Source: Camelus ferus
Taxonomy: Eukaryota
Direction: 5' to 3'
Assembly: GCF_009834535.1 (NCBI RefSeq)
Contig: NC_045697.1
Span: 89,964,001 to 90,028,000, forward strand
Length of the DNA: 64,000 nt
Shown: positions 13,787 through 26,593 of the stretch, one piece after another
How the letters are laid out: every line of letters starts with the position of its first letter
Numbering within the stretch: the first letter of the stretch is position 1
Notes under the pieces: model-generated
Databases searched by the model: none
What the model saw: the letters and a program-made list of their open reading frames with translations, nothing else
Told to the model about the DNA's origin: nothing
Made by a program: the position numbers and the translations under genes

Positions 13787-14554
13787 CTGAAATATATAAA
13801 TGAGTCTTATCTTTGATGCAAATGAATTATAACTAGGTTTAGGAAGAATATAAAGATAATTTTTAGGCATGATGGCTAAAATGCTAGGGTTTCCTAAACA
13901 TTCTTTTGAATTCCCTAGTTTCACCAAGGGTTTAGTACAAAAGCAGTGAAGATGCAAATTCAGAGAGTTCTGGGTTAAAAACTCTAAATCAAGTTTTGAC
14001 TTGGTTTAAAAGATTTACTGCCTGTGCCCAGGAAATTCTGAGTTCTGTTTTTTAAAGATTAATTAGAGGATTGGTTTTATATGACCTTGGTGGGGGGGAG
14101 TAGGGGTTTTGGAACCAAACCATTTCTATCACATGTGTGCAGAGCACCTATGTGCTATGCTAAATGCCACTTCCCTCTTCCTCCTAGTATATGAGAATCT
14201 TCACCCAAGCATTTGTTTAAGCTGTGAACTTTGCAAAATCAAGAAGAAAAGGACCCTTGAGAACTTTCATGCCATTGGGATTTAATCAAAGGAAGCTGTA
14301 TCACCTACTTCCTGACAGCCATTCCTGATGTGCCCTCATTTAAACAGCCACGGTGTCACTTCTCTACTCTTCATAGGACATTCTTTCATAGACCTAACAG
14401 CCTCACTTTTATTCAAGTACATGTATTATCTAGCCAGTGAATTACAAGCTCCTTGAAGTTAGAGAAATTTTATTCATCTTCTATTCTACACAGCATTTTT
14501 TATCATATTATATTGAAAGTGATCAATAAAGGTGATATATTATTTTAAAATCAC

Positions 14555-14733
14555 ACTGGTATCATTCCTTCTTATAAGCAAAAGTGCCTAATGCCTTCTG
14601 GTAATCAAAAACTCTAATGAAAGAACCAAGAAATTCATCACAATCTGGGACTTAGTGTGAATGCAATTAATAATCCTGTACGTTTTGAAGGGGAACTTTA
14701 AAAAATCATTTTCAGCGATAGTTCAAACTTTCA
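14555..14733 (-). pseudogene. Pseudo-exon, 179 nt, frameshifted (...PDCDEFLGSFIRVFDYQKALGTFAYKKE*YQ)
   Basis: cattgttggtttctag| acceptor, AGT|gtgatt donor; nominal phase 0-2 fits both neighbours. Confidence 0.4.
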
Positions 14734-15126
14734 CTAGAAACCAACAATGCAGGACAAAATATTTCAAAACTTCAAGTTTATTCAGTTATCCATAAATAAA
14801 TAAGAACACCTATGCTATTTTGGCACAGTACACTTTTAAGACTGGCCACAAAACCATTATTTATCTTCACACAAATAGTTTAAATGTGTTTCCCTCTAAA
14901 CACTCTGGTACAATTTAGTTTCAGCTTTTCCAGGAAAAACATAATAAGAGTGTACTCATTGTATGCAGTGCAAATTAAACCCAGATAAAAGTTATTACAA
15001 AGAACATTTCCACACATGCCCTCCATCCCAGGTTCCCAGATTCATTAGGGCATTCAGCACCAAAAAGAGAGGACCACATTAACAATTTAACTTAAAATCC
15101 TTTGGTAATTTGCAATGGAAACTTAC

Positions 15127-15214
15127 ACGAGCTGGATTTAATCTAAACTGTGTTTCAGCTCCATAATGTAAAAATACAGATTTCATCTTATATTTCAGGC
15201 AAGAATATTGAATA
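15127..15214 (-). pseudogene. Pseudo-exon, IQYSCLKYKMKSVFLHYGAETQFRLNPAR
   Basis: ctcattggtattcag| acceptor, CGT|gtaagt donor; only the phase 2-0 frame is open. Confidence 0.6.
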
Positions 15215-15747
15215 CTGAATACCAATGAGTTTGGGAATTGGGATTGAACAGTGGTAGGAAATACCTTTTGTGTAACCATTTCTGAAATTCCTCAGTATAT
15301 TACTAAGTTCCCCCTTAGCTTTCCTATGATTCCTTAAAACACGTGCCTCAAATTCCAAAAGGTACTTTGTTTCCTCTATATTTATGGATTTGCCAATCCG
15401 ATAAAAGTTTCAGAGGGCTGCACATTTAAGATTAATGGAAGCACATTGATGGAGCTAGGACTCCAAGCCTTCAAGAGCACAGCTGTCCTCGGTAATTCTG
15501 AGCCAAAGATGAACCTACCCTTACTCAACTGTCTTGGCGAATTCTTTTTCATTCTTGAAAGGCTTCAAGGATTTGTACTTTCAAGCTTTTACCTTGAATT
15601 ATCCTTGTGTTTCACCCTAGACCAGGTCTTATTATTTTGCCCAGGCTTGATTAGCACCAGAACCCTAAACTATTCTTGGTGACAGCATACAATAAGTGAG
15701 CCCTTGTATGAAATCAATATGAGTCTTTGAAGCAAAAGGTTACTTAC

Positions 15748-15771
15748 CTGTGCTTTGTTCTACTTTGGTAA
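15748..15771 (-). pseudogene. Micro-exon, 24 nt (YQSRTKH in phase 2); possibly 33 nt originally with a mutated acceptor
   Basis: CAG|gtaagt perfect donor; tttctgtttttcctaaaatgtaaag| acceptor. Confidence 0.5.
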
Positions 15772-16305
15772 CTTTACATTTTAGGAAAAACAGAAATCAA
15801 CCATCATAAATATTCAAGCCAGATTTCACTTGTGGAGTCACACTCAAAGAGATTCTGATTCAATAGTTGTAGGAGGGGCTTGTGAGATCATCATTATAAG
15901 GAGCCCCCTAGATGATTCTGAGGCATGTACAATATGGACAGGTCAACCCTTTGAACCACACGTGGGAAGCACAGTGTATGTTTAGAACATGAAAGCTCGT
16001 GTCTTTACCATTTCACCACTTAAAGAAACACTGGTATTAATGTTTCTAGTAGGGTGTTTCTATCTTAGTTCATCAACCTCTATAATAATGTACTATATTG
16101 GCTTAAAAACTTCTGATGAAATTCAAGAATATTTGAAAAGAAAGGGTCATTTTTTTCAAATGTTTCTTTAGCAAATATTTTTAATTTAAGACATAATGGT
16201 GTCTCTAACACTTAACAAGCTGGACATAATTATTTCAATTATTATAACTATTATAATGATATGTGAATTTTAAGATGACGTCAATTTCTTAGAGAGAACA
16301 ATTAC

Positions 16306-16530
16306 TTTTTTATAAACTGTAGGGTTCCTGTAGCTGTAGTGATACCAAAACTGGTGTCACAGTTGGTTTTTTTGTGTGGCTTGGCCACAACCACTTTTCT
16401 TAAAATCATACTTAGTTTTTTGTCTTAGTAGTTCTTTAATGAATTCTGTTTAACATTATGTTGTTATCTTTAGTATGCTTCTCACAAAAACTTTACAGCA
16501 TGCATCTTTAGTCCCTTGAAATGAGTACAG
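16306..16530 (-). pseudogene. Pseudo-exon, LYSFQGTKDACCKVFVRSILKITT*C*TEFIKELLRQK[fs]LSMILRKVVVAKPHKK...LQFIK
   Basis: gcaattatttttatag| acceptor; donors at 16411 (|gtatga) or 16305 (|gtaatt), both giving a phase-2 exit. Confidence 0.5.
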
Positions 16531-16979
16531 CTATAAAAATAATTGCAGGCAATATAGTGAACACTGGTAGAGAAACAGAAAGACTAAGGCTTTCGGTAAG
16601 ATTAAGTGAGCCATTAGCAGTTCTGAGACTACTTATGCACCTGTAAATGGGAAGAGTATGGAATTACAGCAAATGAGCTGTATAAGAGTGAAATGAGGCT
16701 TTGGACATAGAGATGCTTTTAAAAGAAGGAATTATACAACAGTGAAGTATCATTATCACCAAGTATGTAACTGCAGAGCACTTTGGATAACAGGACATAG
16801 TAACTGCTCAACAGTTAGACAGTTGCTCTAAAACATTTTGGTTTTAGGATTCCACTGTACTCTTAAAGTTGACTGAAGATGCTAGAGTTGTTTAAATGTG
16901 TAAATATGTCATATTAAAAATTAAAACTGATAGATTTTTAAAATATCTATGTATTTATTCATTCATTCATTTAAAATGC

Positions 16980-17595
16980 TCCTCCCCAGGAGGTATAGCT
17001 TAATCCCTATCCCTGGCCCCCAAGTATGGGCTGATGAGAACTCTTAGTGACTCACTGCCAAAGAACAGAATATAGAGAAATGGAAAAACAGTAACTTTAG
17101 AATTAACGGTGACACGCACTACCTTAAACAAGTGATCAAGGTTAACATAACAATTAGTTATGCTGATTTTCTAATATGATGTAGTGAGAAGGGTACATTA
17201 TCTCAGTGCTATCCCTCCACAAGACCCATAACCCCAGTCTAACCATGAGGAAACTCAAATTAAAGAAGATTCTACAAGAAACCTGAGCAGTCTCTTCAAA
17301 GTCCGTCATGGCCACACGTAAAATAAAGCCTGGGAAATTGTCTTTAGAAATACAATTAAATGCAATGTTGAATCCTGGAATGGCTCCTGGAACATAAAAG
17401 GACATGAGAGAAAACTGGTAAAATATGAATAAAGTCTGAACTACAGTTAGCAGTAATGCATCAAAATTAATCTCTTGGCTTAATAAATGTACCACAGTAT
17501 TAAGATGTTAATAGTACAGGAAAGAATAGAAATTCTCTGTACTCACTTTACAGCCCTTCTGTAAATTTAAAAATTTTCCAAAATGAAAAGATTTT
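16980..17595 (+). mobile_element. L1MC-type 3' UTR
   Basis: aaaactggtaaaatatgaataaagtctgaac...aaattctctgtactcacttt...ttctgtaaatttaaaa. Confidence 0.7.
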
Positions 17596-17609
17596 TTAAT
17601 GACTCAATG

Positions 17610-19950
17610 AACTAAAAAAGGAAAACACATGATCATAACAATAGATACAGAAAATCATTTGACAAACTACAGTAACTACTCAAGATTAAAAACTCTCAGT
17701 AAACTAAGAATAGAAAGGAAATTTCTCAATTCAATAAAGACTATCTACAAGAAACCTACAGCTGACATCATACTTAATGGTCAAAACTTAGTGAAGTTTT
17801 CCCAGTAAGATTAGGTACAAGGCAAGGATGTCCCTTCTCATTACTGTTTTTCAACACTGTACTGGAAGTCCTAACTAATGGGAAAATGCAAAAAAGGCAA
17901 ATACAGTGTATACATATGGGGAAGGAAGACATGAAACAGTCCTTGTTCATAGATAACATTATCATCTACATAGAAAATCCAAAAGAATAAAAAACAATAA
18001 CAAAAAAAAAATACTCTGGAACTAATAAGCAATTACAGTAAGGCTGCAGGATATAAAATTAATATACAAAATTCAATTGCTTTCCAATATACCACCAAGG
18101 AACAAGTGGAAGTTAAAGTTAGAAACATAATACCATTTACATTAGCAACCATAAAGTATTAAATACTTAGGTATAAATCTAACAAAATATATACAAGATC
18201 TATGTAAGGGAAACTATAAAACTCTAATTAACAAAATCAAAGGAAAACTAAATAAATGAAGAGATATTCCAGTTCATGGATAAGATTCAATATTGTCAAC
18301 ATGTCACTTCTTCCAAAATTAATCTATAAATTCAATGTAATCCCAATAAAAATTCAAGCAAGTTATTTCATGGATATCAACATAATTATTTTTAAGTTTA
18401 CATGTAGAGGCAAAAAACCCAGGATAGCCAAAACATTGAGGAAGAAAAACAAAATTGGAGGACTGACATTAACCAATTTTAAGACTTACTATAGAACTAC
18501 AATAATCAGCAAGTGTGGTACTGGTGAAAAAAACAAATAGATAAATGGAACAAAACAGAGAGCCTAGATAGAGACCCACATAAATATAGCCAACTGATCT
18601 TTGACACAATGCAAAGCTAATACAATTGACCAAAGACAGTCTCTTCACTAACGGTGCTGGAACAATTAGACATGCACATGCAAAAAAAAATTAATCTAGA
18701 CACAGACCTTACACTTGTCACAAAAATGAACTCAAGATGAATCACGTAAAATGCAAAATTATAAACTTTAAGAGAATAATAGAAGAAAAACTACATGACC
18801 TTTGCTATGTGATGCACACCATAGACATAATCCATAAAAGAAATAACTGATAACTTGGTCTTCAGTAAAATGAAAAACTTCTATCTGTGAAAGACAATGT
18901 CAAGAGAATTACAAGACAAGCCAGGACTGTGAGAAAATCTTTGCCAATCATATCTCATGAGGTGTTAGTGTCCAGAATGTATAAAGAACTACTACAACTC
19001 AACACCACCAAAAAAACTCACACAATTGAAAAATGACCAAGGACTTCACTAGACATTTCTCTAAGATGAAATTACCAGCAAGCATATAAAAAGATGCTCA
19101 ACATCACAATCATCAGAGAAATGCAAATCAAAACCACTATGAGATATAATCTCATACCCATTAGGATGTTTACTACCAAAAACAAACATACACACACATA
19201 AATACACACACAAAAGAGAACAGAACAAGTATTGGTGCTTATATTAAGACATTGGAATCACTAAATCACTGTGTACTTTTGATGGGAATGTAAAATAGTG
19301 CAACCCAGTAAAAACTGTATTAAATTTCCTCAAAAAGTGAAGAAGAGAACTACCATACAATCCTATCACCCCACTTGTTAGCATATACAGAAGAACTGAA
19401 AGCAATTCAAAAAACTTCTGCAACCCAAAGGAATTAAAAGCAGCGTCTGGAAGAGGTATTTGCACACTTGTGTTCACAGAAGCACTATTCACAAGAGCCA
19501 TGGGATGGAACAAACCCAAATGTCATTGATGGTTCAGTGGATAAATTAAATATGGTACTGTATATTCATAAAAGTGAATATTATTCAGCCTAAAACAGGA
19601 AGGAAATCTTGTCACATGCTACAACATGATTAAATCTTGAGGGAATTATGCTAAGTGAAATAAGTCAGTAACAAAAAGAAATATACTGTCTGATTCCACT
19701 TTTATCAAGTATCTAAAACAACTAAATTAGAAAGAACAGAAAGTAGAATGATGGTTACCAGGCACTGCAAGAAGGGAGAAAAGGAGAATTGTTGTCCAAT
19801 GTGTATAGGGTTTCAGTTTTGAAAAACAAAAAAGTTTCAGAGATCTGTTTTACACAACATAAATATACTTAACACTGCTGAACTTTACAATTTAAAATGG
19901 TTAAGATGGTAAATTTTATGTTATATACTTTTTCACTACATAAAAAAATA
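17610..19950 (+). mobile_element. 5'-truncated L1 (ORF2 RT/C-terminus + L1MB-like 3' UTR), degenerate
   Basis: ORF 18256-18540 (SWIRFNIVNMSLLPKLIYKFNVIPIKI...GGLTLTNFKTYY) is L1 ORF2p; 3' UTR aaaatggttaagatggtaaattttatgtt + A tail. Confidence 0.9.
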
Positions 19951-20149
19951 GCTGCTTAAAATAACTGGACTTTACCAAACCTGTCCACACCTTGATTTTC
20001 AACTTCTAGCCTCCAGAATTGTTAGAAAATAAGTTTGTTGTTTAAGTAAAAAACAAAAACAAAAACAAAAACAAAATTTGACTCTAAGACAAGATCGATG
20101 AACTTTTTCACACTCTGAAAATCCATTAGTCTATCATGCAAGTTTTTTA

Positions 20150-23100
20150 AATCATTTTTTAAATTGAAACATAAGTGACATACAATGTTATGTTTGTTTC
20201 AGGTGTGCTACATAGTGATTAGATATTTGCATATATTATGAAATGATTACTAGGATAAGTTTAGTAACCACCTGTCCCTATATAAAGTTATTACAATATT
20301 ATTGGCCATGATCTGTATGTGTATAACATATCCCAATGGCTTATTTATTTTATTACTGGGGGTTTGTACCTCTTAAACCCCTTCATTTATTTCATCTCCG
20401 ATCCCCTCCCCCCTGGCAACCACCCATTTATTCTCTGTATCCATGAGCCTGTTTTCATTTTGTTTTGTTTCTTTCTTTCTTTTCTTTTTCAAATTCCACA
20501 TGTAAATGGTATCATATGGTATTTGTTTTTCCCTTTATGACGTATCCCACTTAGCATAATTCCCTTTAGATCTATCCATGTTGTTACAAATGGCAAGATT
20601 CCATTATTTATTTTTTATGGCTAAATAATATCCCATTTCATATATGTATGCACACACATATATATTCTTTATCTATTCATCTATCAGTGGAGAACTAAGT
20701 TGTTTCCGCATCTTGGATACTGTAAATAATGCTTCAGTGAACACTGCTGTACATACTCCTTTTTAAATAGTGTCTTTGTTTTTGTTGGGTAAATACACAG
20801 AAGTGAAATTGCTAGAACATACCAAAGTTCTATTTTTAATTTTTTTAAGAAGTCATACTGTTTTCCACAGTGACTGTAACAACGTACAATCCCACCAACA
20901 GTACACAAGCGTTCCCTTTTCTCCTCATCCTTCCTGACACTTGCTGCATCTTGTCTTTTTGATGACAGCCATTCTGACAAGTGTGAGGTAGTATTTCATT
21001 GTGGTTTTGATTTGCATTTCCCTGTTGATTAGTGATGTTAAGTATCTTTTCCTGTGACAGGTATGTGTTCTTCAGAAAAATGTCTATTCAGCTCCTCTGA
21101 ACAAGTCAATTGGCTTGTTTGTGATTTTGATGTTGACTTGAATGATTCTTTGTATATTTTAGAGATTAATGCCTTGCTGGATATGCTGTTTACAAAATCT
21201 TCCTGTATCCAATACAATGCCTTTTCATTATGTTGATAGTTTCCTTTAATGTGCAAGAGCTTTTTAATTTGATGTAGTCCCATTCGTTTGTTTTTGTTTC
21301 CCTTACCTGAGATAGGCTGAAAAAAAAAATACCTAAGACTAGTGTAATGAGTTTACTATTTATGGTTTATTCTAGTTTTATTATTTCAGGTGTTACATTT
21401 AAGTCTTTAATCCATTTTGAAATTATTTTAGATACGGTGTGAGAAAGTATGCCAGTATGATTCTCTTGCATGTGTCTGTCCAATTTTGCCAACAACCATT
21501 TATTGAAGAGGCTTTTTTCCCCTCCATTATATATTCTTGTTTCCTTTATTGTAGATTAATCAGCCACATAAGGATGGGTTTATTTCTGGGCTCTCTTGAT
21601 TCAGTGATCTATGTATCTGTTTTTGTGCCAGAACCATACTCTTTTGATCACTGCAGCTTTGTACAATAGTCTGAAGTCAGGGAGAGTACTACCTCCAGCT
21701 TTGCTATTTCTCAAGACTGCTTTGGCTATTGGGGATCTTTTGTGTTTCTATACAAATTTTAGAATTTTTGTTCCAGTTCTGTAAAAGATGTCTTTGGTAT
21801 TTTGATAGTGATTGCACTGAATCCATAGATTGCCTTGGGTAGTATGATCATTTAAAAAATGTTAATTCTTCTAATTCATGAGCATAGTATATCTTTTTAT
21901 TTGTTTATGTCATCTTCAATTTCTCTCATCAGTCTTACAATTGTCAGAATGCAAGTCTTCCACCCCCTCAGTTAGATTTTATTACTAGGTATTTTATTCT
22001 TTTAATGTTATTTAAATGGGACTATTTTCTTAATTTCTCTTTATTAGTTTATTGTTAGTGTATAGAAAATAACAGATTTCTATACATTAACTTTGTATCC
22101 TGCAACTTTTACTGAATTCATTTACTAGTTCTAATAGTTTTTGGGTGGCATCTTTAGGATTTTCTACATATAGTATCATGCCATCTGCAAAAAATGACAG
22201 TTCTACTGCTTCCTTTCCAATTTGGATTTTTTAAAATTTCTTTTTCTTGTTTGATTGCTGTGGATAGGACTTCCAATACTGCACTGATACAATTGGTGAG
22301 ACTGGACATCCTTGTCTTGTTCCTGATCTTAAAGGAAACACTTTCAGCTTTTCATTGTTGAGTTGTGATGTTGGCTGTGAGTATGTCATATATGACTTTT
22401 ACTACATTGAGCTATGTTCCCTCAATATCCACTTGGTTGAGAATTTTCATCATAAATGGATATTGAATTCTGTAAAAAGCTTTTATGCATCTACTGTGAT
22501 GACCATATGATTTTTATTCTTCAATTTGTTAATGTGGTATATCATGTTGATTGATTTGTGAATACTGAACCATCCATGTATACCTAGGATTAATCCCACT
22601 TATTGTGTATGGTCATTTTACTGTATTTTTGAATTAGGTATGCTAATATGTTATTGAGGATTTTTGCATCTATGTTCGTCAGTGATAGAAACCTGTGATT
22701 TTCTTTTTTGTGATGTCTTTGGTTTTGGTATCAGGGTAATGTTAGCCTCCTAGAATAAGTTTGGAAGTGTCCCACCCTCCTCAATTTTTTCAAATAGTTT
22801 GAGAAGGACAGATGTGAACTCTTCTGTAAATGTCTCATAGAACTTACTTGTGAAGCTGTCTGGTCCTGGATTTTCACTTTTTTTATTAATTCAATTTTGT
22901 TACTAGTAATGGGTATGCTCATACTTTCTTTATCTTCCTTATTCAGTCTTGGGAGACTATATGTTTCTAAGAATTTATCCATTTCTTCTAGGTTGTGTAG
23001 TCTCATAATATTGTGGTTGAAAAACATGCTTGATATTATTTCAATCTTAAATTTATTGAGACTTACTTTGTATTTGATCTGTCCTGGAAAATGTTCCATG

Positions 23101-24660
23101 TTCACTTTACAAGAATGTGCACATTGCTGCTTTTGGATGAAATATATATAAATATATATAAATATATATATATTCATATTCCAATGGTTTAATATGTTGT
23201 AGAAGGCAAGTTGTCTTAATTTATTTCCTGTCTGGATGACCTCTCCATTGAAGTACGTGGTTTATGTCCCTGATAATTTTGTTACTTCCAATTTCTCCCT
23301 TTATGTTCATTAATATTTTCTTAATGTGTTTGGATGCACTTATGTTGGGTGCATATATATTTACAATTATTCCATCTTCTGGTTGGACTGGTCCCTTTAA
23401 CATTCTGAACTATTGTTCTTTGTCTCTTGTTCTAGTCTTTGTTTTAAAGTCTATTTTTTCATGATATTTAGTATTGCTACCACTAGCCCACTAGCTTTCT
23501 TTTTGTTTCCATTTGCATGAAATATCTTTTTTTATCCCCCCTACTTTCAGTCTGCTTGTGTCTTTAGATCTTATGTGTGTGTCTAGTCTGAGGCAGCATA
23601 TATATATGGGTATTGTTTTTTAACCCTTTAACCCACTCTATGTCATTTGATTGTTATATTTAGTTCACTTACGTATAAAGTAATTATTAATAGGTATGTA
23701 CTTTTTCCCATTTTGTTCATTGTTTTCTGGTTGTTTTTGTAGTTATTTTTTGTTTATTTCTTCTTCGTTCTCTCCTTGTGATTTGATGAATTTCTTTTGT
23801 GTTATGTTTGCATTTCTTTCCTTTTTCAAAATCTATTATAGATTTTTGGTCTGAAGTTATCAGAGGGTTGCGTGTGTGTCTGTGTGTGTGTAAATATATA
23901 TATGAAATGTCTTGATTTTGAATGCATTTTAACAACCTTGCATATTTACTTCCCACCCCATATTGAATGTTTTGACATCATATTTTACATTCTGTATATC
24001 TTAACTACTTATTGTAGATATAGATCTTTTACTACTTTTGTCTTTTAACCTTCCTACTAGCTTTATAAGTGGCTGATCTACCACCTTTACCATTTGTTTG
24101 CCTGTACCACTGAGATTTTTCCTTTCATAATTTTCATATTTCTACTGTGATCTTTACTTTTCCACTTAGTGAATCCCTTTGAAATTTCTGGTAAACCCAG
24201 TTTCTGGTGCCGAACTCTTTTAGCTTTTGTCTGTACAACTCTCTATCTGTCCTTGAAATCTGAACAATACTCTTTCTGGGCAGAGTATTCTTAGCTTGTA
24301 AGTTTTTTCCTTTCATCATCTTGAATTTATCATGCCACTCCCTACCAGCCTGCAAAGTTACTGCTGAAACGTGAGCTGCTAGTCTAATGGGAGTTCTATG
24401 TATGTAAGTAGTTACTTTTCTCTTGCTTCTTTTAAAATTCTATATTCAAATGCTGCTATTTTAATTACAATATTTCTTGACATAGATCTCTTTGGGTTCA
24501 TCTTGTTTGGGATTCTCTGTTCTTTCTGGACCTAGATGCTGTTTCCTTTCCCAGGCTAGGGGAGTTTTCAGCCATTATGTCTTCAAATAAATTCTCTACC
24601 CACTTCTCTCTCTCTTCTCCTTCTGAGACCCCTATAATGCAAATGTTAATGTGCCTTACC
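20150..24660 (-). mobile_element. L1 with 3' UTR, ORF2 (internally deleted) and ORF1 C-terminus, degenerate
   Basis: Minus ORFs [37 protein letters not shown] (EN), NICIIGVSEGEEREKWVENLFEDIMAENSPSL (ORF1p). Confidence 0.92.
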
Positions 24661-24759
24661 AGTGTTATCACAGTAGAATAAGCTCCCAAAATGGCTGTCA
24701 TCAGCATCTCCATCCCAGTCACCCCCAGCCTCTCCAGGAGGCTCTATAAGATCAGCACT

Positions 24760-24895
24760 TGGACCCTAACTAAACACTGAAATTGCTAGTGCTTTAATCT
24801 TAGACTTCCTAGCTATAGAACTGTGAGAATGTCTGTTGTTTAAGCCTCCCAGTGTGTAGTGTTTGTGTTAGAGCAGCCCATGTGAACTATGACAC
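24760..24895 (+). mobile_element. MaLR MLT1 LTR 3' part
   Basis: ttaatcttagacttcctagctatagaactgtgagaa...tttaagcctcccagtgtgtagtgtttgtgttagagcagccc. Confidence 0.7.
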
Positions 24896-24988
24896 ATGTC
24901 AGAAATGACCTGAGAAGATCCTAAGCTCTCAGCTCTGACTGATTTTTAGACTCAGTTGAAGTAGGAAGTGAAGGCTATGCATGAGCAG

Positions 24989-25025
24989 TAAACAAACAAA
25001 CAAACAAACAAACAAACAAACAAAC
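24989..25025 (+). repeat. (AAAC)n microsatellite within an old L1 5'/ORF1 fragment (~24900-25580)
   Basis: aaacaaacaaacaaac... about 9 units. Confidence 0.9.
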
Positions 25026-25637
25026 TGGTAATTCATTGAAGGAATGTCCTGCACAAAGAAAATCTGCAAAGACTTGGACAAATTCATCTGTTATTTCTCT
25101 TTCTCTTTTCTTTTCTCTCTGTTTCACTCTCTCTCTGTCTCTGTCTACTCACTCTTTCTCTCTCTCTCCCTCTTGCTTTCTTGCTCTCTTTCTCAAAGAC
25201 CACACAGAACAAAGAATAAAAGACTTTACAAAAATAGTCTAGAAAAGTCAAAACACACTCTGAAGAAAGGGAAGTATTTGATTTCCAGAGTTACCACATT
25301 GCAATTTTTTAAATGTCCAGTTTTCAACAAAGAATAATGAAGTGTACAACTTAGTGTGGCTCATTCACAGATCAAATATAAAATTATCCTTGAGGAAGCT
25401 CAGATATTAGACTTACTAAATAAAAACTTTAAATAAACTGTTCTATGTATGTTCAAGGAGCTAAAGAAAACCATACACAAAGAGATAAAGGCATGCATAA
25501 GAGTAATGTATGTCCATATAAAGAATATCAACAGCGAGGCAGAAATTGCAGAAAGGAACCAAGCAAATTCTGGAGCTGACATTGGTAGAGGAATGGTGAT
25601 AGAACTGAGTCTACACTAGTATTTTCTAGGGAAATAC

Positions 25638-25875
25638 CTGGCCTCAAATACTTGGGAGTTTCTTGAGAATAAGGGACATTTAGAATCTTTTATCCTCAGC
25701 CAGAGTTGCAATTTATATACACAAAAGAGTATCTCCTGACATGATATCACAATTGTTTCATAGGTTCATGGGAAAAATAATAGTAACCTTAACAATCCTG
25801 CCAATATGAATTTCAAGGAATGTCTCTGATATTCTTTAGTCAGGAGTGGAGATTTCAGATTATAAACATATTCTT
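25638..25875 (-). pseudogene. Pseudo-exon, EYVYNLKSPLLTKEYQRHSLKFILAGLLRLLLFFP*TYETIVISCQEILFCVYKLQLWLRIKDSKCPLFSRNSQVFEA
   Basis: catacttagttttgcag| acceptor, CAG|gtattt donor; one stop in 78 codons. Confidence 0.6.
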
Positions 25876-26423
25876 CTGCAAAACTAAGTATGTGGAATCT
25901 AACCAACATTTACCATTCTGAGTAAACTGTGTGTAACTTTTTATCTTTTAATTAATATCCTACATTATTTAAAAATCTAAAGTATGACAAAAGTTTTGAC
26001 ATAAAGCTCTTTGGCTTTCTTCCAAAATAAAATTCACTTAAAAAACTTAATAGTTTCTCCACAATGATTTTAACTTACTGTAGTTACTAAAATCTGTATA
26101 ATCTTTGAACATATCTAGTTTTTAATGAAGGATAAAGGTAGACCATGATTTATTTTGCATGCCCATGATTTTTAGCCATGATTTTTAAGAAATAAGTGAA
26201 TCCCTAACATTTTCAATTCATGTTTATTCTTTACAATATTATGACATGCAATTACTGGATAATGCCCTAAATACAGGAAATACATTTTAATTACTAAACC
26301 AAGCTAGAAATAAGAGATATTTTCTTTATATTCCATTGTCAAATGGAGAGAGAGGGAAATTAGTAATAGATCAGTATGCTATTATTTTTTGCACAGTGAC
26401 ACTTGATATCAGTGTCCACTTGC

Positions 26424-26593
26424 CCAGGTCCAAGAGATGTCAAGTTGTATTCTATGTAAAGGGAATTATGCTATAGAGGCTGCCATTCTAGTAGGTTCTA
26501 TGACATAGAGTGTATGCCACATTAATTGTGTCCCCTGTTGTTGTCCAACTTGGCAGCAGTGATCAGAATTTTTTTAAATTAATTTTATTAAAG
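26424..26593 (-). pseudogene. Pseudo-exon, 170 nt (FNKINLKKF*SLLPSWTTTGDTINVAYTLCHRTY*...HLLDL)
   Basis: gcctctttgtgtatctttgttag| acceptor, TGG|gcaagt (GC or mutated GT) donor; ends phase 1 matching the next exon. Confidence 0.45.

Noticed and set aside
15517..15616. Possible extra exon (NTRIIQGKSLKVQILEAFQE*KRIRQDS)
   Set aside because: Poor pyrimidine tract, stops in all frames, and the neighbours already join in phase
17154..24722. Many 60-148 aa ORFs
   Set aside because: Fragments or antisense readings of degenerate L1 ORF1/ORF2 and 3' UTR, not host genes
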